Assembly: GCA_965214095.1 (NCBI GenBank)
Contig: OZ243938.1
Span: 3,136,001-3,200,000 of the forward strand
Direction: 5' to 3'
Length of the DNA stretch: 64,000 nucleotides
Origin: Candidatus Poribacteria bacterium
Lineage (GTDB): Bacteria; Poribacteria; WGA-4E; WGA-3G
The notes beneath the pieces were generated by a model. That model saw only the letters and a list, made by a program, of their open reading frames with translations. It did not search any database and was not told the origin of the DNA. The position numbers and the translations under genes are program-made. Numbering within the stretch: position 1 is the first letter of the stretch; every line of letters begins with the position of its first letter. Below are positions 60,299 through 64,000 of the stretch, one piece after another.

Positions 60299-62211
60299 TC
60301 TGTGTTCTCCTTGTTTTTGTTCAGTGTGTCTCGTGTATGAAGATGAAATGGGTCGCAGATTGTTATCTGTCCGAATCCCTCTTCACGTCGGTTGCCGATG
60401 CCTCTGTTTTCAAGTTCTTGTAATGCGGGTAACCAAGATTCAATATCCGATGTGTGGAATACAAAGACACTGCCGATGTTAGTTATGAGTTCGGTTTCTT
60501 TAGGCAATCCCCACACAGCGTTCCAACCGCCTGCATACCCATAACTTGCGAAACTACGGACGCATGCGACTTCAGTATCACAGACAGCCATGTCCTGCAA
60601 CATCTGTGCAGTGAGAACCATACTCCGTTGCCATCCATCTTCTGCCATTAGAATGGCTTCAGATTGTAGGTTGACGGTAAAGTAGATGCCCTCACATTGA
60701 GCGATACTGGTATTTGGTAGATACTTATATGTCTGCCATACTTCTGATAATGCTTCGTTAAAGTTATCAATCCGTTCTTTGAGTGGTTCAGGAGACGATT
60801 TGTTTTGCACTGCGATGCTGACGTGTCCGAGTCCACGTGAACTGCCACCACCCAATCGCACAACCTTATGATCTAACGTCTGTGCGACTTTCTCTACGAG
60901 TCCCGATGGCACTCGGACAGAACCGTGTAATACCACCGGCTTGTATTCTTCCTCTTCCTGTGACTTAGTTTTTCTGCTTTTTACGATAACAGGATCAATC
61001 GCAGTTAGATGATACAGTAAACCTTCCTCAGCCACTTTTCTTTTTCTGTTGATAGCAACGCGAGTAAGGAGTCGGGTGTTGAGGTGTCTCTCTTTGTGAG
61101 AACCGGTAGCATCTTCATAGAATCCGCTATGTGATTCTACTCGTCCGGAACACTTCGGACACTTCGGTTGATACATCCAATCTGCTTTTTCAGAGACGAT
61201 TCTCTCTATAAGTGTGTCAAAAACACCATGCTTTTTATCGCTACTAAATCCAGGTGTCCCCTTACAACTTATGGCGGTTGCTGGCAAGATTTTTGTTGCG
61301 GGTGTGCAGTTTCGGAAGATAGCAGCATCATCCTCGGTGAAAAGTTTTTGGAAATCTGCATCTGGTGTGTTATTCTCTAAGTCTGCCAAAAGTTCATTTG
61401 CAAGTGCACCGCGTATCAAGCCACCGCGGATGTAATTGAGTGCTTCAACGGCTTGTCCGGAAGGTTTACGTCCGCCTGTGATTATAGGCGAATTTAGTGT
61501 AACCTTCAGTGTTAGTTCTGTGAAATCATCAGCAATCTGTAGGGATTCGGTGCCAGGCGATTGTGTCTCGGTGTCAGGCAATTGCACGTGTTCAATACTT
61601 AGCCATCCGAGTCCGCGGGTTTTGCCAGAACCGATAGCATGGATATAGTTAAGTCCTGCAGTGAGGAATTCAATCTGTTTGTCTGTGATGTTGTTGCTGA
61701 GTAAGACATCTCCAGAAAATTCAAAGCCTGCGTTTGGGATGCTTGTTTCTGTGAAATAGAGGCGTGCATCTTCTGCGACTCTGCGATTGCGATTGATGGT
61801 AACACCACTTCGGTTTACTGTGGTTTCTATGCCTAAATCTATGTTAGGTTTAAGGTCGTTGACAACGATGCTGGATTCACGTTGCGGAGAACCGAATATT
61901 TGACAGATAACACAGTGGTTGTGCTGGAATAGATCTGTGTTTTGATCTTTCAGTTCTTCATCTGGACGTGGACACATGTTTTGCGGTAATGGACTGTTGC
62001 AGACATAGTGTCCCTGACTTCGTGCGATTGCTTCGGTTGCGTGCCGCCAGATACCTTTGAGTGTTGATGCGGGGACGTATAGTTTACCGTCGGTAGTTTT
62101 AACGGTTGCCTTATCTGCGCCTGTATCGCTGGATCCGCTATCACCGATGCAGAGGGCTGTATCAATCGTTGCTGTGATTTGCCAATGTTTATTAGTTGTT
62201 TGTTTAGTCAA
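60295..62211 (-). CDS. csx10: Cas7-Cas5 fusion (Csx10-type RAMP)
   Basis: PASTLKGIWR, IGSGKTRGLG, YIRGGLIRGALA, GGGSSRGLG, GIGNRREEGFG; TTG start overlaps the cas10 stop. Confidence 0.87.
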   Translation of the reverse strand: MTKQTTNKHWQITATIDTALCIGDSGSSDTGADKATVKTTDGKLYVPASTLKGIWRHATEAIARSQGHYVCNSPLPQNMCPRPDEELKDQNTDLFQHNHCVICQIFGSPQRESSIVVNDLKPNIDLGIETTVNRSGVTINRNRRVAEDARLYFTETSIPNAGFEFSGDVLLSNNITDKQIEFLTAGLNYIHAIGSGKTRGLGWLSIEHVQLPDTETQSPGTESLQIADDFTELTLKVTLNSPIITGGRKPSGQAVEALNYIRGGLIRGALANELLADLENNTPDADFQKLFTEDDAAIFRNCTPATKILPATAISCKGTPGFSSDKKHGVFDTLIERIVSEKADWMYQPKCPKCSGRVESHSGFYEDATGSHKERHLNTRLLTRVAINRKRKVAEEGLLYHLTAIDPVIVKSRKTKSQEEEEYKPVVLHGSVRVPSGLVEKVAQTLDHKVVRLGGGSSRGLGHVSIAVQNKSSPEPLKERIDNFNEALSEVWQTYKYLPNTSIAQCEGIYFTVNLQSEAILMAEDGWQRSMVLTAQMLQDMAVCDTEVACVRSFASYGYAGGWNAVWGLPKETELITNIGSVFVFHTSDIESWLPALQELENRGIGNRREEGFGQITICDPFHLHTRDTLNKNKENTE

Positions 62212-64000
62212 TGTCGTTATCCCCTGTGTTATCATCAGGCTTTGGAATAAATTCATAAGCCTCAATTATATCCAAAAGGAGTGTTTCGTATTTCTTGTCG
62301 TCCTTTTCGTGTGCTTTTAACTTTTGATACCACGGGCCGAGGTTGTTGTGATTAGATACACCGTGCCAGTTCTGTTCAAGTTGTTTTCTAAGTCTTTCAC
62401 CGTGTTCTGCATCCAGTCGGCTTCGGAAGTATAGATAGTCAAGTGTTGATGTTGCGCGTCCAAGTTTAAGTGCTTCACGCAGTTGATAGAGTTGTGATCT
62501 CGGAAAATTGCCTTCCTTTAACTCTCGAACAGTCTTAATGAATCCCGACAGTTCGTGCAGCGTGTAGGGTCGCATCGTGAGTGAGTTCTGCTTTTCTGTC
62601 TTGTAAGCGTTTTTACGGAAATCACTGAGATTGCTTGTAATCATTGAAATGGACTTGAGGATGAGGAAGTCAACAGTGCCTCCACGATACCCGATCTCCT
62701 CTTTTAGCAAGGTCTTTGCTCTACTCTTTGCAGACTTGAGCAGGCTCCCCGCGAGATTTTCTAAGAACGCAATAGGGGTATGTTCCTCGGCAATGACGAA
62801 ACCGAGTGATAGACTGAAAACGGGTTGCATCTCTTGTGCATCTACCCAGTCTTCTGACTGGTAACGTTGTGATTTTTGAGCTTCGTCTTTTTTCGACTCA
62901 GCCCATTTCGCACGACTATTGAATTGGCTGTCAAATTTTGTGCCGATGGCATGAACGATCTCAAATGCATTACTACCCGGCACGATCAAGAGCAGGTCGT
63001 CTCCACCAATACTGACGATTTCAAATGGATGGACATTTTTGTCGGTAGGTTTAAGATGATCGGCAAGAGCATCAAATGCTGCCTTTTGCATAGCGACAAA
63101 GACGCGTTCCGAAAACTGCCGATACTGTGCAGGAGATGCGATCTTCTCCAGATACGCACCCATATTGTTACCATCCGCATAGATAAATGCAATGTAGTTC
63201 TCTTTTTTGCTGGCTGCTGCGATGTCACTTAGGTCGCTTGGTCCATCAGGTTCTTCTTTGTAGTCGCGTGAGATTTTGAGATACTCGTTGTATAAGGTAA
63301 TCCAATCATTTAGGAGATAGGCATCATCTTCACCTTTATTGGCAGGTGACCATTTCAAGGGATCCGTGTAGGTCTTGAGTGGATGACCCATCTGTCGTTT
63401 TTTGGTTGCGCGTCCCGTAATATATTTTCTGGCACATGCTTCACAGAGTTGCTTCGGTTCATTGAATAGTGCTGGTCTACGCTCACAGCTTTCACATCTG
63501 AGATGATATGGGTCTATTTCAACGTGTGCCGGTAGGTCACGTCGTGTTTCCCGATTCGGCGTTGTATTTCCTTCACGTCGTTTCATCTGCGCGCCTGCCA
63601 ACTTGGCTGTCAATTCACCGAAACATTTGCGATCCAAAAATTCCTTGTCAGAACTGCCGTAGTATGTCTCTATAAGTGTTTTGGTATTCTCTTGTTTATA
63701 GGCAGCCCGATAGTCTTCAACCCAAAAGTTTGTGGGGTTCAAGCCGTATTGGAGTTCAAGTAAGTCAAACGTATCTCCCACAGCGGCACTGTTCGCTACA
63801 AGCGTTTCTTTCGTATAAATACGTTCAATTTCATCTGCAATGTTGTGGACAACGGACATCGGTGCGAATGCAAGCGTGTTGCCACCTGCTGCATAGATGA
63901 TACATTCTGGTGCAGTGAGTGTATGTCCTGTACGTTGGTTGAAACTGCCACGGATCTCATTGTATCGTTGGGTGTCTTGTGTGGTCTTGCGTCCGAAGAG
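62204..64000 (-). CDS. cas10: Cas10 (5' end outside window), intact cyclase motif
   Basis: YADGNNMG and SIGGDD; CESC/CEAC; frame open to the window edge (IIYAAGGN). Confidence 0.95.
   Translation of the reverse strand, partial: LFGRKTTQDTQRYNEIRGSFNQRTGHTLTAPECIIYAAGGNTLAFAPMSVVHNIADEIERIYTKETLVANSAAVGDTFDLLELQYGLNPTNFWVEDYRAAYKQENTKTLIETYYGSSDKEFLDRKCFGELTAKLAGAQMKRREGNTTPNRETRRDLPAHVEIDPYHLRCESCERRPALFNEPKQLCEACARKYITGRATKKRQMGHPLKTYTDPLKWSPANKGEDDAYLLNDWITLYNEYLKISRDYKEEPDGPSDLSDIAAASKKENYIAFIYADGNNMGAYLEKIASPAQYRQFSERVFVAMQKAAFDALADHLKPTDKNVHPFEIVSIGGDDLLLIVPGSNAFEIVHAIGTKFDSQFNSRAKWAESKKDEAQKSQRYQSEDWVDAQEMQPVFSLSLGFVIAEEHTPIAFLENLAGSLLKSAKSRAKTLLKEEIGYRGGTVDFLILKSISMITSNLSDFRKNAYKTEKQNSLTMRPYTLHELSGFIKTVRELKEGNFPRSQLYQLREALKLGRATSTLDYLYFRSRLDAEHGERLRKQLEQNWHGVSNHNNLGPWYQKLKAHEKDDKKYETLLLDIIEAYEFIPKPDDNTGDNDID

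Noticed and set aside
1-64000. tRNA, rRNA, integrase or intact transposase genes
   Set aside because: None recognised by eye; a tRNAscan/Infernal run would be needed to exclude small RNAs

Overview
Bacterial chromosomal window, most likely Candidatus Poribacteria. That assignment is an inference from a membrane-anchored WD40 protein, microcompartment genes and a C-terminal 'VDPxxKLTxTWGxLK' motif. 1-17 kb is housekeeping: moxR, an rpsA with long acidic tails, metK-ahcY-pfkB, lpdA and gltB, with a decayed IS200/IS605-type element just upstream of metK. 17.5-36.7 kb is one long minus-strand run: an uncharacterised 1110-aa outer-membrane lipoprotein with exbB-exbD-exbD, a Wzz-like protein, a BMC satellite (BMC-H, pduL, flavoprotein), TPR, phosphoesterase, peptidase, two lipoprotein serpins and msrP. 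37.5-41.7 kb is a putative metal/redox envelope operon headed by a Cys-rich RGPP leader ORF and ending in a heme-c/beta-barrel fusion. 44-64 kb is a defence region: tandem MNT-HEPN fusion cassettes inserted at the start of a coxE-like gene, a broken cas1, a MITE, a 16-repeat CRISPR array, cas2, cas6 and a type III-D operon with csx1 and a Crn2/AcrIII-1-like protein. The most striking unannotated signal is a second, inverted copy of the CRISPR leader with one diverged 37-bp repeat, directly upstream of the protease-cas6-cas2 genes. Family assignments come from motif recognition only; no searches were run.
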